DNA of 64,000 bases, taken from positions 77,934,001 through 77,998,000 of the forward strand of contig OX638149.1 in assembly GCA_951804945.1 (NCBI GenBank). The letters are read 5' to 3'. This DNA is from Podarcis cretensis. Lineage: Eukaryota. The notes under the pieces are model-generated. The model saw only the letters and a program-made list of their open reading frames with translations. It was not told the origin of the DNA and did no database searches. Of the stretch, positions 11,243 to 24,766 are shown one piece after another; position 1 is the first letter of the stretch, and each line of letters begins with the position of its first letter. The position numbers and the translations under genes are program-made.

Positions 11243-14200
11243 GTCCATATAAAATTATAGATCACTGTCTAACAGGCATAAAATAAAACCGAAATAAATA
11301 AAGCACAGGTATGTTAATGCATGGAACTATTTACAGCATAGACATAATGGTTAAATAAGACAGGACTACAAAGCATGGACCTTATTATACCAAGGGAATG
11401 TAATTAAGTATTCAAATTCCCTGATTCACTGTATCAGCCATATTCATACATAGGCCAAGGGGGTGGGGTCCTTTTCATTTTATTGCTGATGCTTTAATGA
11501 GATGCAAATGTTTTTCAGTTATGATGTTAAGAAAATTTATAAATTATATTACATGTCTGAAGGTTAATACATTTCTTATCTTTGACCTGAAATGCAGTAG
11601 TGTTGTTGACCTTTGAATAAATCTGTTCCGTATTCTTTGACTGGTTGCTCTTAAGCTACACTGAGTTTGGAAGCAACGTTCTTGCTGGTCTAAATGTATA
11701 GCTAAATCTGAGGTGCTTAATCAGTAGGTCAATACATTTGCCTTCTTATTATACAATGTTATGTGAACCTTTTCAAGCAGTCCAGGATGTTTGATGAAGC
11801 TACTTTATCTGAATCAGTGGTTAGCTGTTTGCACACCCCAAGTTTACATCTTCACGGTTCATAAAACCTGGAAAATAGAATGGAGAACAGAAAAAGAGCA
11901 GGGCTTCCTGCCGAGAAACTGTGTGCATGTGTACCAGCAACTTAAATGGAATGCAAATACCTCTGTACATGAAAAGCACACGTGGCACCTCAGTATCCAA
12001 ACTCCTGAAATGAGCAAAAATGTTTTAAAAAAATATCATTGCACATCACTCCAATCTTTGAGAGGTGAAAGATTCCCGGGGTTCCAGACACTTTACCCAA
12101 GGTTTATGTTTCCTTTTGGAAATTAGGCACAGTGGAGACTGTTGTGTCTTTATGATATATGGTTTATTTACACATATATACAACCTGACCCTACAATGGA
12201 GGGGTTCACAGCACTCCAAGATAGTATTGCTTCTCCCATAGCTGCAACTGTGGATTCAAACAAACATCAGCCATGGCTCAGGTCCTCTTTCCAGCTTGCC
12301 ACGTTTACCAGGCTGCAACCTTTTTCTTCTAGGTCACATCCCAACCAATTCTAAAACTCTGCCTCAAAACTCTGGCATTATCTTCTAAATCAGAGCTGGG
12401 TGAGGAGCCCGTCCCACTTGCAATCTGGTACAGAGCTTTTGCCTTTATAATGGCTTTCTTAAGGGCTCACCACCTTCCTTTTGTACTCTTAATTGCCCAT
12501 CACCCCAGGCGATTTCCTGATAAGGAAACAGGGCTGGCTTATATTTTAACATTTCTGAACCCAGAAATTTTTGGGGAATCTGATACCCACAAACTCTTAA
12601 CAATATATTTGATATGCTTGTTTAGCTAAGTATTTAAGTAAATGACAGGATGACAAAATAGATAGCCAGTAACAACTGAAGTCATACTATAGCCAAGTAC
12701 AGAAGGGTAGTGATAGAGCATCTTCCTCTGCATGCAGGGGCTCCCAGGATATTCACTTGCCAGGGCAATCTGACTGTCCCTCAACATATTGGGCTATTTG
12801 CACACTGGAAGGAGTTCCCAAATATTGCTATGTAAATATTAGCAAAGTTCAAGCTCATCCCTTCTCAGAGATGGGATGAAACCAGATTATCCTGTTTAAG
12901 CTGGTTGTCATCTTAGATTTAATGTTTTCAACTGAGATAACTTGAAACAAAGTCAAGCATGCATTGGATTGTACTGCCTAGTGCTCAGTGCTCCTGAGAG
13001 CCAATTCCAGGAGGCACATTCCTACCTTTTGGAATGTGGACAATATTCTATAGCTACTGCTATGCTTGTCTCTCATGTTACAGGAAAGACCTGCAACTTT
13101 TTCATCTCTCAACTTCTCATTTTCCCCATCTTAAATTCAATTATCCACGTTTCTGCAGCAGTTTATGATTTTTTTATTTAAAAAAACCCTCACAAAGATT
13201 TGCCAGCATTTAAGTATGAATTTCTCCCAATAAAGACAGTTTTGCATTTATGCAGTTTTGACTAATGTACTAAATTGGCAAGTTGTTTCCTCTAATTAAA
13301 TGCATTTTTATGTGCTATTTTCACTAATATATGCATTTGTACACACAGTCTCTCCCCAAAGATGTACATTTTTGCAAACATTGGTTGGCTAGGGAGCTGC
13401 ATCACCAAGCTTTTTTTTTGAGGAATAAAGCAATTGGTAGCTGGCAGCTCTGTGTACTGTACATCTCTAGATCAGTTCCCAGGACAATAGAGAAGCATCA
13501 TATGAGACACATTTCAGGGCATATCACTCACAGGAAAATAGATGAGAACTGGAAAATATAAGATATTGAGCATTAGTGCCTTATGAACACAGAAGCAGAA
13601 CCAGCACCAGAGGCTTATATTGTTGGGCACCTGCTGAGGCCCACACTCCAGCAAGGAGCCTACTGTCAACCCTAAAGACCTCTGACCCTGCCTGTGCTTC
13701 TCATTGTCTCCTGTTCACCTGCCCTATTCCAGCAATTGAGCACATTTCAATATATGGGTACAACAACAAAATTCACACATACATATATGTTTATTCATTT
13801 TATAATATCAAAATTCATGTTAACAAGCTAACAAACATTACAATTAACATTTCTGTAAACAGATGGAAGATATCCATGGATGAAAAACATTTCTTCCATA
13901 ATAAAAAAATATCCACTTTTAGCCAACAAACCTTTTTCAATTGAATCCAAGTTGCTAAGATATCAATCACAGAAAGCACATGGATATAGAAATGTTGTCG
14001 TTTTCATACCAATTAAATTAGAATCAAAGTAGCAGCATTGCAAGAAGGCAGCCCAAAGCACACGTGCATTAATCTCTATCAATACCACCAGCAGTTCTTC
14101 CTGTAACATGCACCAGCAACAGCCTTTGAGCTGGAGATTGTGGGGTTCTTACCCTTCCAGTTCAGGCAGAGATGAGCCAGACTTAAAAGTTGGACCCAGC

Positions 14201-15494
14201 TCTTGCAAATCTCATAGCTAGATGCCAGGTACAAAACAGAATGTCAGACTTTTGCCCACAAACAACAGAATGAGAGAGGGTGTGACAGGAACAGAGGTAG
14301 AATGAACAGAAGAAAGGATAGTATGTAGACCTCGTCAGTTTTCTTCTGCCCAGGCTGCTGTAATAAAGTACAGATCTGTTAATCGGTGAATTGTTCAGAC
14401 TTCTTACTGTGTGTGTATTATATTATGGATGACCTGACTTCCTATTCCAACCAAGATTTATGGTACCTCAAGGAACAGCTTGACCTTAACACTCCCTGGG
14501 GATATATTTGCCTTGAGGTCAATAAATCTTGATCCTCATTTCAGTAGAAGTTAATTATCCTCACAATATCATTTCTTTAAAAGGAGGAGTGGCCTTAATA
14601 ATTCACCAAAGAAGAACATTTTCCAAAACTACAAAATTTGCACTTAAACAATATTTTAGGAAGGGGGAAGTTTATCCATGGGGTCCAAAATGGTTTCTAT
14701 TAATGTATGAATTTTAGTTATTTAGGGGACAGGGCCTGAAACATGGCACTTCCTTCCTCACAACTAAGAGCTTGCCTTTAGAATAGAAAGGAAGGATATT
14801 GCTCTCCCATCATCATAGCCCCAAAGATACTAAGCCACCCACTCTCAGTGGGTGGGGCATGTTTTGCTCCCACTGTAACATTCTGAAGTGCAACATTCCC
14901 CCACAGGAAGAAAAGGCAACCATTCATTGGAATTGGAGATCCCAGCAGTTCAAAATCAAACTTGTACCCACCCACATAGTCAAATTGTGGGTTGTGTTGC
15001 TTGGTCACCCTGAAGTGTGACAAAATGTTGGGTGACTGACACAGAGAATTGTTGGTAATTATGTAAGAGTGACCAAGAACCATATAGAGAAGCGCCTTTC
15101 TCCCGATGATGCCTTTGTCTTTCTCTGCAACTCTGCTTACAAGTTTAGCTGTTGGCTGGTATGCCCAGTTGAGGGACAGAAAGTAAATGTTTTATTATCA
15201 TCTCCTGTCAGTGGAATGCATGTGACAAACTGAAGATTTTCTTAATGTTAATTCAGTATTAAGGGAGCATCCGGCACACCCTTGTTGCCTAGCTTCCCAC
15301 TGTTGTTCTTGACTGCTGTTGCTTACATTCCCATACATTCCCAATCTTGCCTTCTCCCAACCCATACACCTGCAGTGGGATCTAAGGATTAGGAAAACCT
15401 TCAAGACTGGCCTGCATATTAGATAATCACAGGATAGACACCAGTCTCTCAGGAGCACTCCCATTGGATAGCCCCTTTCAGGAATCCTATAGCC

Positions 15495-15626
15495 CAGGCA
15501 TAGGCAACCTCGGCCCTCCAGATCGGCCCTCCAACTCCCACGATCCCTAGCTAACAGGACCAGTGGTCAGGGATGATGGGAGTTGTAGTCCCAAAACATC
15601 TGGAGGGCCGAGATTGCCTATGCCTC
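15495..15626. mobile_element. hAT MITE with long TIRs (CAGGCATAGGCAACCTCGGCCCTCCAGAT) and 8-bp TSD CTATAGCC
   Basis: TIRs and TSD read directly. Confidence 0.9.
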
Positions 15627-15797
15627 CTATAGCCCATGGTCATGGTGCCTCAGCCAGTCTTTGAATTGTTGTTGGCTAAGCTAGCACCATAACAACATTG
15701 CACAAAGCTGTTACACAGCACCTGAAGCATTCAGGACATAGTCAGGCCACTATTACTTACTTCAGTGATAACATTTGGCATTCATATGTGGTAGGAG

Positions 15798-15901
15798 CAG
15801 GGCTTTTTTTTTCAGCTGGTGGGTGCCATAGCCATTCTGAGAGAATGAGGGAGGTGTTCATGTTGAGTTCCGGCACCTCTTTTTCTAGAAAAATAGCACT
15901 G
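15798..15901. mobile_element. hAT MITE with exact 8-bp TSD GGTAGGAG
   Basis: TSD at 15790-97 and 15902-09. Confidence 0.85.
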
Positions 15902-16143
15902 GGTAGGAGCCTGTTAAAATATCGCTGACATATTCATTGCAGCAGTTTGCAGACTTGCACAGTTTGTCTGGCTGCTGTGTCGGCACATTTATTTAATTTG
16001 TTTTTTACAACCCATCCCAGTCTGAGAATAGGTAACAAAATTATAAAACAAATATTAAAATTTGACATTAGGGTTCAGCTGGACCACTAAAAATAGCATA
16101 AACACAGCGGCAAATACATCACTCAGTGCAATGCTCTACAATC

Positions 16144-16382
16144 ATTATTATTGTTATTATTACCCAGGCCCTACAGAAGCTTACAGCAACATAGAAAAAC
16201 ATAATTAAAATCAGTTAAAACAGGAGCAGTTAAAATAATAGGATGGCCCTTAAAAGTATATATCTTGGGTTTCAAAGGCCAGAGTGAAGAGGTTTGTCTT
16301 CGGCATATGATGAAAGCTATACAATGAAGGTGCCAGACGTGCCTCTGTAAGGAGGAAATTCGACAGTTTAGGGCTGCCAAAG
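16144..16382 (-). mobile_element. Degenerate L2 3' end
   Basis: (ATT)n tail followed by decayed KT.LF..AF end of ORF2. Confidence 0.55.
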
Positions 16383-17344
16383 TAGGTGGGTGCACAGGAT
16401 GCATCCATGGATGAGGCCTTTTCCCCTGAGTTCACTGGGAGTCATCCATATCTTTGCACTGGTATATAATAGTCAATCTTAGCATCAGTGTCGGCCCTTT
16501 TCTTGACCCTAATGCCCACCTCTAGGAACAGTTTCAGCAATTCAGCAAGAACAGGTGGGATCTGATATTTCCAGGCACAAAATGTTCTAAGGTCAGCACT
16601 GGTCCTATACTGCATCTGTCTGCCACATGGACAATCATGGAACAACCCATGCTGAAACATAGATTTGGGGTTTAGGGTTTGGAAGTCCTGTGGCAATGAG
16701 TCTGATACCCGGAAATATTCATAGTTCATTTTGAGTGGAGATAGACAGACAGATGGACTTGTACCTGGGACATATCTGAGTCCCATGCTTGATACAAACT
16801 AACTAATCTTGGACCTGTCACTTTCTCTCATTTTCAGTATTTTATCAATAAATGGAATGGTAGTGCCTTAACAGGGTTGCTTTGGGGACAAATAAATGCT
16901 ACCCAGTAAGTTAAAATGCTATGTTAATTATAAATATTAATGTGTATAAATAGAATGAACACACTGTTTTCAGACTCAAGGGCGTCAAAAAGGGTTACAG
17001 GATGAACCCTGTCCATCTCTAAACCAGTACCCTATTTATAATAGTGTGGGCAACAAAGTGTCTATAGAAAAAACACAGTCAGCACCTGAAAGGAAGGGTC
17101 ACATTCATTCTTTGTCCCCAGCACCTGGTATGTAGAAGTATACTGCTTCTGAGCATGGAGGTTCTATTCTATTAAGGCTGGTGCTTTAGACAGCTGACTT
17201 TAAAACAGGATAATTCTATGGCCCTGCTCATCAGTTATTTCTATGTAGGGCATTCACACACAGAAGCAGCAGGGCCAGTTTGCTGTCCCTACCCCTGATG
17301 GACTGAATCTGCCACTTCAGTTGGCAGCAGCAATGTTTCTGAAT

Positions 17345-17501
17345 ACCACTTGCTAGAAACCACAGGAGGGGAGAGTGCTCTTCTACCTGAATCCTGCTTC
17401 CTGGTTTCTCATAGGAATCTGCTTGCCACTATGAGTACAGGATGCTGGACTAGATGGGCCATTTTGGCCTGATCCAGTGGGCTCTTCTTAGGTTCTTATG
17501 T
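17345..17501 (+). mobile_element. CR1-type 3' UTR
   Basis: CAGGATGCTGGACTAGATGGGCC...TTCTTAGGTTCTTATG. Confidence 0.75.
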
Positions 17502-17516
17502 CCCTCAGCATCTGTA

Positions 17517-17880
17517 TATGACATAATTCCTATGGAGTACTCTGATTCAGACCAGGAGCAGCATGCACTTGAAGAATGGGAGGCAGAGGGCATGAGACAA
17601 CAGAGTAGAGTCCAGTTGATAGAACCTCCCTCCCACCAACCTCTGGATGTGCCAAGCTCTACTGTTGAAGAAGGAATCCCAGATGCTTCCTCTTCCATGC
17701 CTATGGAGAGGCGACTGCCAGAGACTGTGGCAGATGCTTCCCCACCAGGGGGCAGGGATGACTCCAGGGTGTGGTCTGATGTGCCACAGTGGGAGGATTT
17801 GGAGGTGGAGACACTCCCGGCGTTCTCTCAGGGAGAAGAGAAAAGAGGATATGTGACCCCCCCAAGACTTACAACCCTAT
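17517..17880 (+). mobile_element. LTR-like fragment with acidic small ORF
   Basis: Composition and ORF character resemble the solo LTR at 30518-30924; termini not resolved. Confidence 0.4.
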
Positions 17881-17963
17881 ATCTTGTAGGAGTCCCTGTA
17901 CTGTATTTGGCTCTTTCCATGCCACTGAATCTGCTGTAATAAGTATCCCTTACTTATATGTAA

Positions 17964-18160
17964 CGACGTTTCCGTGTGCGGCTCTGGCTCTGGCTCTGGC
18001 TCTGGCCAGAGCAGCGATGTCACGCTGGCCACGTGACCCGGAAGTGTCTCTGGACAGCGCTGGCCCCTGGCCTCTTAAGTGAGATGGGCGCACAACCCCA
18101 GAGTCTGTCAAGACTGGCCCGTACGGGCAGGGGTACCTTTACCTTTACCTTTTACCTTTA
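17964..18160 (+). mobile_element. Sauria SINE 3' half with (ACCTTT)n tail and internal (GGCTCT)n
   Basis: GGCCACGTGACCCGGAAG core and GGGGTACCTTTACCTTT end. Confidence 0.85.
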
Positions 18161-18862
18161 CTTATATGTAATGCACCTGCTGTCATGTTTTGGGTGGGAG
18201 CCAAGACAGTATGTTGTATCTGGACATTTGAAGAGGAACTTCTGGGTCCTAATCTCAGGGAATCCCCGATTTGTGAACAGCTGCTCGTCTGAAGGGGTTC
18301 CTTTACAAATGTGCATGCTCAACATCCAAAAATTATGTGGCTAAGAAGGCCACATAGCGTCAGCGTGGTGCCAATGGTGTGGCCCCAATCCTTCTTTACC
18401 CCTTTACCTTACTACATATGGGTAGCACAATGATAGAGCTTTAGAGAACTCATATTATTGTTGGAGCACTACAGCCCCCTGCGTTATACATGCATACACT
18501 TATAAAACCATTGCTAACTATGGAGTGGACTTTTGAATGGAGATGCCATTATTATTCCAGTGGAAAGAAGGTACAGAGCAACCATGTCTTTCAGTGTATT
18601 AACATGCTTCTGTTTTCTTTCAAAGTCTGTTAGAATGTCAACAGGATCTCACGCGACCAAGTTTTGCTTTTGGGTGGAACTATAAACTACCCTTTAATCT
18701 ATCTAATATTTGCTCACCATAACCTTTCTTTATGTGTATGCATATAAATGCTGCTGTATTAGTATAACCAGAAGTGATTGTATTACAAACCACAGGAACA
18801 AATAATCCTAGCTGTTGGGGGATTGCTTTTTCACTTTGATTTTCATGTTTGTTAACATAGAA

Positions 18863-19103
18863 CAGGGGTCAGCAAACTTTTTCAGCAGGGGGCTGGTCCA
18901 CTGTCCCTCAGACCTGGACTATATATTTTTTTTTGGGGGGAGAACAAATTCCTATGGCCCACAAATAACCCAGAGATGCATTTTAAATAAAAGGAAACAT
19001 TCTACTCATGTAAAAACATACTGATTCCCAGACCGTCCACGGGCCAGATTTAGAAGGCATTTGGGCCAGATCCCGCCCCCGGGCCTTAGTTTGCCTACCC
19101 ATG
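18863..19103. mobile_element. hAT MITE with exact 8-bp TSD ACATAGAA, inserted into the CR1 tail
   Basis: CAGGGGTCAGCAAAC...GTTTGCCTACCCATG; TSD at 18855-62 and 19104-11. Confidence 0.85.
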
Positions 19104-19760
19104 ACATAGAATCATAGAGCAGGAGGGGTGTTTGTAAACCATCTATCCTGCCTGCCCACCCTGCTGAGTGCCAGAAATCCAGGGCTAGTAGACCCCCCAG
19201 AAAAGAGATGTCCACTGCATCCCCAGGCAATTGGTTCCATTCTTCAATTGGAACTCTTTAGAACTTCTATTCTTGAAACAAAATCTATCCTCCTGTCACT
19301 TGGAACTAGTCATGCTCCCTGGGGCAGCTGAAAGTGAATCTTTGCCTTCTTCTACATGACAGTTCTTCAGGTATTTAGAGAGCGCCATCATATCCTCCTT
19401 TAATAGTCTTTTCTCCAGATTAAGCCATTTCTAGCAACATTTCCTCATAGGTCTTTTTTCCTTACTGCTGATCATGTTGAGTGCAGTTTTCCAATCAGCT
19501 GTGGCTCTGCCTGATGGAATTATCCTCTAACCTACAATTAACCAGTTTCCTTAACCAAAATACCACAGGGAACGTTCTCAAATGGTTTGCTGAAATCAAG
19601 TGAAATTACGTCCAAAGCATTCCAACAGCCCACTAAGCTAGTAATAAAGAAAGAAATAAGAATAGTCTGGCAGAATTTGTTCTTGGCAAATCCATGCTGG
19701 CTTCTACTAATCACTGGGATGTTAACAAGATGCTGGCAAACTGACTCTTTTATAATTTGC
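19104..19760 (-). mobile_element. CR1 LINE 3' portion (tail plus RT fragments)
   Basis: CATAGAATCATAGA tail complement; QHGFAKNKFCQTILI motif near 19660-19700. Confidence 0.75.
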
Positions 19761-20413
19761 TATGCTATGAAAGACTTTGCAGTATAAACAGTGACACAAA
19801 TTCAGTTCTCAGATCTGCTAGTGAAATTCCATTAAAGCAATCAACAGTTCAATATGCTAATGACAGGCAAGAGAATTCTATATAAAACCAGTATCTCCAT
19901 CTTGATGCTGCAAGGGTTAACAAAGTCCTCCCTAACTTTGCCTTCCCCAATCCCCAATGTCTGCTGAAATACAACATGAGGCAGAAAGAAGGGGAGACAG
20001 CAGGAGAGGAAACTACTAATATATGTTTTATCCAACTCTAATTCTTTTGTCCACCCATGTCCATTATACTGCAGCTGGGTTTACAGTATCCTGAACATCA
20101 TTCCAGATTGGAATTATGGCCTCTTAAAATTATGTCTTAATGGAATGCACATGCAATTTATAATTTTTGGGTGTTGGGGGCAGAATATAGCATTTAGAAG
20201 AACCTTGTCGCCTGGTGAAACATTCTTTGGGGTGTAACCATTCAGTTAGCATCATTTTAGCTAATATTTGCACATTAAGGGGGAAAGAATGGAATGGGTG
20301 TGCATGTATGTATGTTGCTTTGTTTGCTCTGCCTTGTAGGATTAGGTAGCTATTCAATAGTGTAGATAAATGTTCCAGGGTAACATTGCTAATAATGCCT
20401 AGATTCTCCAGCT

Positions 20414-20544
20414 CAGGGGTGGGGAACTTGTGGCCCTCCAGAAGTTGTTGGACTTCAACTTCCATCAGCCTGAGGCAGCATGGTTATGAAAGATGAGCAT
20501 TATAGTCCAACAGCACCTGGAGAGTCACAGATTGCTCATCTCTG
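20414..20544. mobile_element. hAT-type MITE
   Basis: CAGGGGTGGGGAACTTGTGGCCCTCCAGA arm and its decayed complement. Confidence 0.65.
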
Positions 20545-21329
20545 CCCTACATGAGTGCACCTCAGCCTAAATGCAACAAATCAAGGATTACATCAACTTC
20601 ACTGCAGTGGGATCCATTTTGTGGCTTTAGTTCATAGCATGTACAGAATGTTTTTCTGCCAGCTATAATCCAGAGTAGTATGTACACCTTCTCTTGGACA
20701 AGCATTTGAAATAACCTGGAATCCATGCCAAGATAAGAAGATGCAACTCATTCACTCAGAGGGTTTACCTGTGAATTGTTACCTGGGGAGATCAGTCTCA
20801 AGCCCCCTACATACAGGTGGACTCTTACGAATTCCAGATGATAGCCAAGGTGTGCCAGTTTTGCATGTTAGCTTGGTATTGCGGATATTTTTAAAAATGC
20901 TTTTTGTCAGAGGATCTTGGAAGACTGGCATCCTGAAGACAGGGAGCAGATATTGATGTGCCAACTTCCTCCTTGCACAAGAAAGGATTAGCTACCCGGA
21001 TATAGAGCAATAGTTACAAAACTATTCAACATTTTTGGTAACTGTAGTTGAATTAACTTCACTGATATTAAATGATCGATTAATAGATAGTTTGCTTTGT
21101 ATTAAAGAATAAATAAAATCATGCCTGCTGTTGATTAGAATTTGGAAGGGTATGCTACAAAAAAAGTTTTGTAGTGAAATATTAGGCTGCCTTTGTTGGC
21201 AAGAAGTAAGTTACTTAAGTCCATTGAATTTAATGGTTCTACTCTCTCAAGGGTTGAAGAGACCTGACAGAGGAATACAAGGTAATATGTTCTTGGTAGT
21301 AATCTGGTCCCAGGTTTTTCAGGACATCA

Positions 21330-21680
21330 CATGACAATAGTATGATCTTTACCTTGGCCCAGTAAAATATCAGCAGCCAATGAACTTCTTTCAATGCAGG
21401 TGTTACGCATGGTCAATAAGAAAACCCCTTTAACAGCCTTGCTGTGGCATTCTGTATTCGCTGCATCTTCCAGACCAATCTTAAAGGGAAAGCTCACATA
21501 CAGCTCATTGCAGTAATCCAATTTGGAGATTACCAATGCCTGGGCTACCATGCCCAATCCTCCTGCACATGTTACTTGCAAGAAGGGGGCATCATCTGGT
21601 TGCCAGGGGATGAGGCCTCACTCCTTGCTCCACCCCTATCATTGGGCACAATGACTGATCCTAATCTGTAGATCTCCACA
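21330..21680 (-). mobile_element. Degenerate L2 RT fragment
   Basis: VAQALVISKLDYCNELY. Confidence 0.75.
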
Positions 21681-22377
21681 GGTGAACATACATTTCAGGG
21701 AGTTGGACTGGAAGACCCCAAGGATCTAGTTCAGCTCTACCATTCTATAATTCTGTGAACATGTTGTCTGCAGTGAAGAAGCCTATATGTTGACATCCTC
21801 AAAGGGCAAACTGCTAGTATTGGGCAGTGTGTAATTTTACTCCTGGCAAGCTATAACAAAGCATTTCCATAAACTCCACTTTGCTGTAAAATATAGCATG
21901 TGGATAATAAGATAATTGCCATAAAGAATGCCCAGTGTAATCATTTGTGCAGAGCACCTTGTTTCATGTGGAGTTGTGTGAAACTAAGTCTGCTTATATC
22001 CTCCCCTTCTTTGAAGAATTTGTTCTGTATCACTGTGCTGGGAAGGCTGTGAAAAATAAAATGTCACGCAGGCGGATTTTATTTATCTTGGAGGCGGTGT
22101 GCTGACATCCTTGTATCTCAGAGACACTTTTGAAGTGACATTTCTTGATCATTGCTGGTGGCTAAAATAATGATTCCATTTACAATTGGAATTCTTCTCT
22201 CTTGATCCCCGCCAAGCCTGAAGAAAGGTATCTTTCCTAGGAATCATGACAGGGAAGGGATCAAAGACAAGTTGCTTGGGGAGCCCTTCAGCCAGGAACA
22301 ATACTTGAAAATACAGAAGTTTGATGGGAAATGCCCACTCAAGGCCACCCCCTGCATGACTTTTTTGTACATGTGTT

Positions 22378-22380
<3 letters not shown>

Positions 22381-22415
<35 letters not shown>

Positions 22416-22580
22416 AATTTTATTTATACCCCGCCCTTCCTGGTTCAGAAAACCGGGCTCAGGATGGAAAACAACAAATTTAAAACACTTAATTGTAATA
22501 CAATATAGAAGCAGCATAAAATACAGTATAAAAGCATGAATAACAATAAAACTCAAAGTTCAAAAATCAATATGGGGGAA
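22381..22580 (-). mobile_element. L2 3' end with (TTA)n tail
   Basis: TTTATACCCCGCCCTTCC...GGGCTCAGG terminal motif. Confidence 0.75.
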
Positions 22581-23039
22581 ATGTGATGTGAGGGGAAGAG
22601 AAGTCTTGAATGTGCAGCAGGGCTGGCCTTTTCCATAGGAATTTTCCCAGGCTTTCCTCATGCCTTCACCTTCCACAGTGCTTATTTGTTTTTTGTTTTT
22701 GTTTTTAAAAATCTATCTTGCCTTTCTGCCTCAATAAGAGGCACTCTAGGCAGCTCCTAAGTGAACCATAACAAACAAACAAACAAGCAAAAATTAAAAA
22801 TACATTCAAGCCAAAATGGGGTGGGGGAATCAAAGCAGAAAAAAACTACCCATACTCAAGCTTTTTCTGCTTTTTTTTTAAGGAACCGTTTTACGTTTTT
22901 ATTGTAATGTATTATTTTGATCTGTGCTGTAGATAAAGTGTGAGTCACTTGAAGACTTTTGTGTGCAGCATGCAATAAATATAGAAATAGTTGATATAAA
23001 CCAAAGAGTAATGTTGGAGCAAGCAAAGAAGTCAGGAGT

Positions 23040-23330
23040 AAAACCAAAAGACTTGTGGTTACAAATAACATCAGATTGGGAAATAGGGGTTCAACCTGTT
23101 TCAGAGGGAGTCACTCCATTTGAGGACTCGGATTTGCAACTTGAGGGTACCTCTTGGATTCAGCCCTGAACCCAGATGCGTAGGTTTCAGCAGCGGCCAG
23201 GAGTACTTTGGAACAGTTGAGGTTTGCTGCCGGTGCACCAAGCACTGTACTCCTGTTCCTGGCGATGTCAGACCTGACCATGATGACACACACTTTACTT
23301 ATAATAGAGGCAGCTTCTGCCACTGAGCCT
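23040..23330 (+). mobile_element. Degenerate L2 RT fragment
   Basis: Decayed similarity to the GVT.PLK.QV.SLGV.LD region of the L2 at 62.4-63.4 kb. Confidence 0.5.
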
Positions 23331-24568
23331 AGTCTCTAGTGAAGCACTGTGACTGCATCTATGTCACAGTGAGAGGTTAGAACCAAAGAGGGTCCTACTT
23401 CAGAGAAGCTGTAAAGTGCAAGTATTTTCTTATCTGACCTTACGAGGCAGCAACTGAGAAGGAATCTTTACTAATTGGTAATGCTGTATAAAGGAACACT
23501 GTTATTGCAAAGGCAAGGGGATAAGATGACATGAAGAATGAATTCATTATCACACAATCTCTGTTAGTGAGCATTTCAAGTTTCATTTCATGGCCATGGT
23601 CTCAATTTAAAAATAAAAATAAAAAGTGGGTAAAATACAGGACCATAAGAGCTAATATGAATCTTGCCATTCAGTGGGACATTGCTTGCATCCTGGGACT
23701 CTGACTGCTACCAAAGTGTGAGGAATAAAGTTCGGTGCCTGATTTATTGCTCCCCCTCCTCTTCTGCCCATGGTTGCCACATATAGCTCGTTTCCATAGC
23801 TCATCTCATAATCTTTTCACCTGACAGTCGTATTTTGAGAAGGATTTCATGTGGATCCTGGCTGACGCACTCAGCCTTGGTAACATGGCCAGTGTACAAG
23901 CACGTCACACTGTGATGCAGCCAGCGCCACACCTCAAATAGGCTGGTAGGCCTGAGGCAGGAGGTCTGTCTGCTTCTTTTGTGTGATTTCTGTTTGCCCA
24001 GTTTACTGATACCTAGTCAAGCTGAAGTTGATTAAAGAATTTCAATGTAAAGAGAAGCTGATGTTTCTCTTGGCTTCTAGATAATGAAAGGAAGGATAAA
24101 GTTGTCATCCAGGGGTGCCTGGTACCCACCAGGACTGGTAGGGCGAAAGGCAGGGAGATCAACAGTGGGTGGAGCCAGGGCTAACTACAGGCAGATCCAG
24201 CTAATTCTGGTTTTGTCTGCATCCTCCTCCCTGCTGAGTTCTACATGGGCAAAACTGAGACTAGGGAGGAGGAAGCTATCAGCCTGGTTATAAGTAAGAA
24301 GTCAGGCAAGAGGGACTAGTTAGAGCAGACTGAGGTTGGTGGAGCAGTGCCCCATTTGCTCTAACTGACCAGTCTCTGTTACTGGTAATTGTGGTCCACT
24401 GGTCCATTGCTCCATTACTGAATAGGTTTTCACCCACATTCTGACATGTTGCTGAGATTTGCAAGGGATTTCATAGCAACAAGATACTCAACTCCCATAG
24501 AATTTGTATGCTTCCCTTTTCCTTCAAGACTACACCCACTCAGAATTTGTTTTGTTTTTTCAAAACAA

Positions 24569-24766
24569 GGGCCATAACTCAGTGGCTGAGCATCTGTTTT
24601 GCATGCAAAAGATCTCAGGTTCAATTCCTGGCATCTCCAGACGGGACTGGGAGCCTGAGAGAAACCCCTGTCTGAAATCCTGGAGAGCTACTGCTAGTTA
24701 GAGTAGACAGTACTGACCTAGAAAAACTAATGATCTGACTAAGTATAAGGCAGTTTCCTATGTTCA
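24569..24766 (+). mobile_element. tRNA-derived SINE with CR1-like tail (Squam2/Anolis-SINE2-like; family name tentative)
   Basis: A-box TAACTCAGTGG, B-box GGTTCAATTCC, tail TTCCTATGTTC. Confidence 0.8.

Noticed and set aside
14778-16786. ORFs 14778-15083 and 16442-16786
   Set aside because: No recognisable domain or splice structure; cannot be supported without a search.
4922-24766. tRNA-like heads at 4922, 9238 and 24569
   Set aside because: SINE heads followed by SINE bodies and tails, not tRNA genes.
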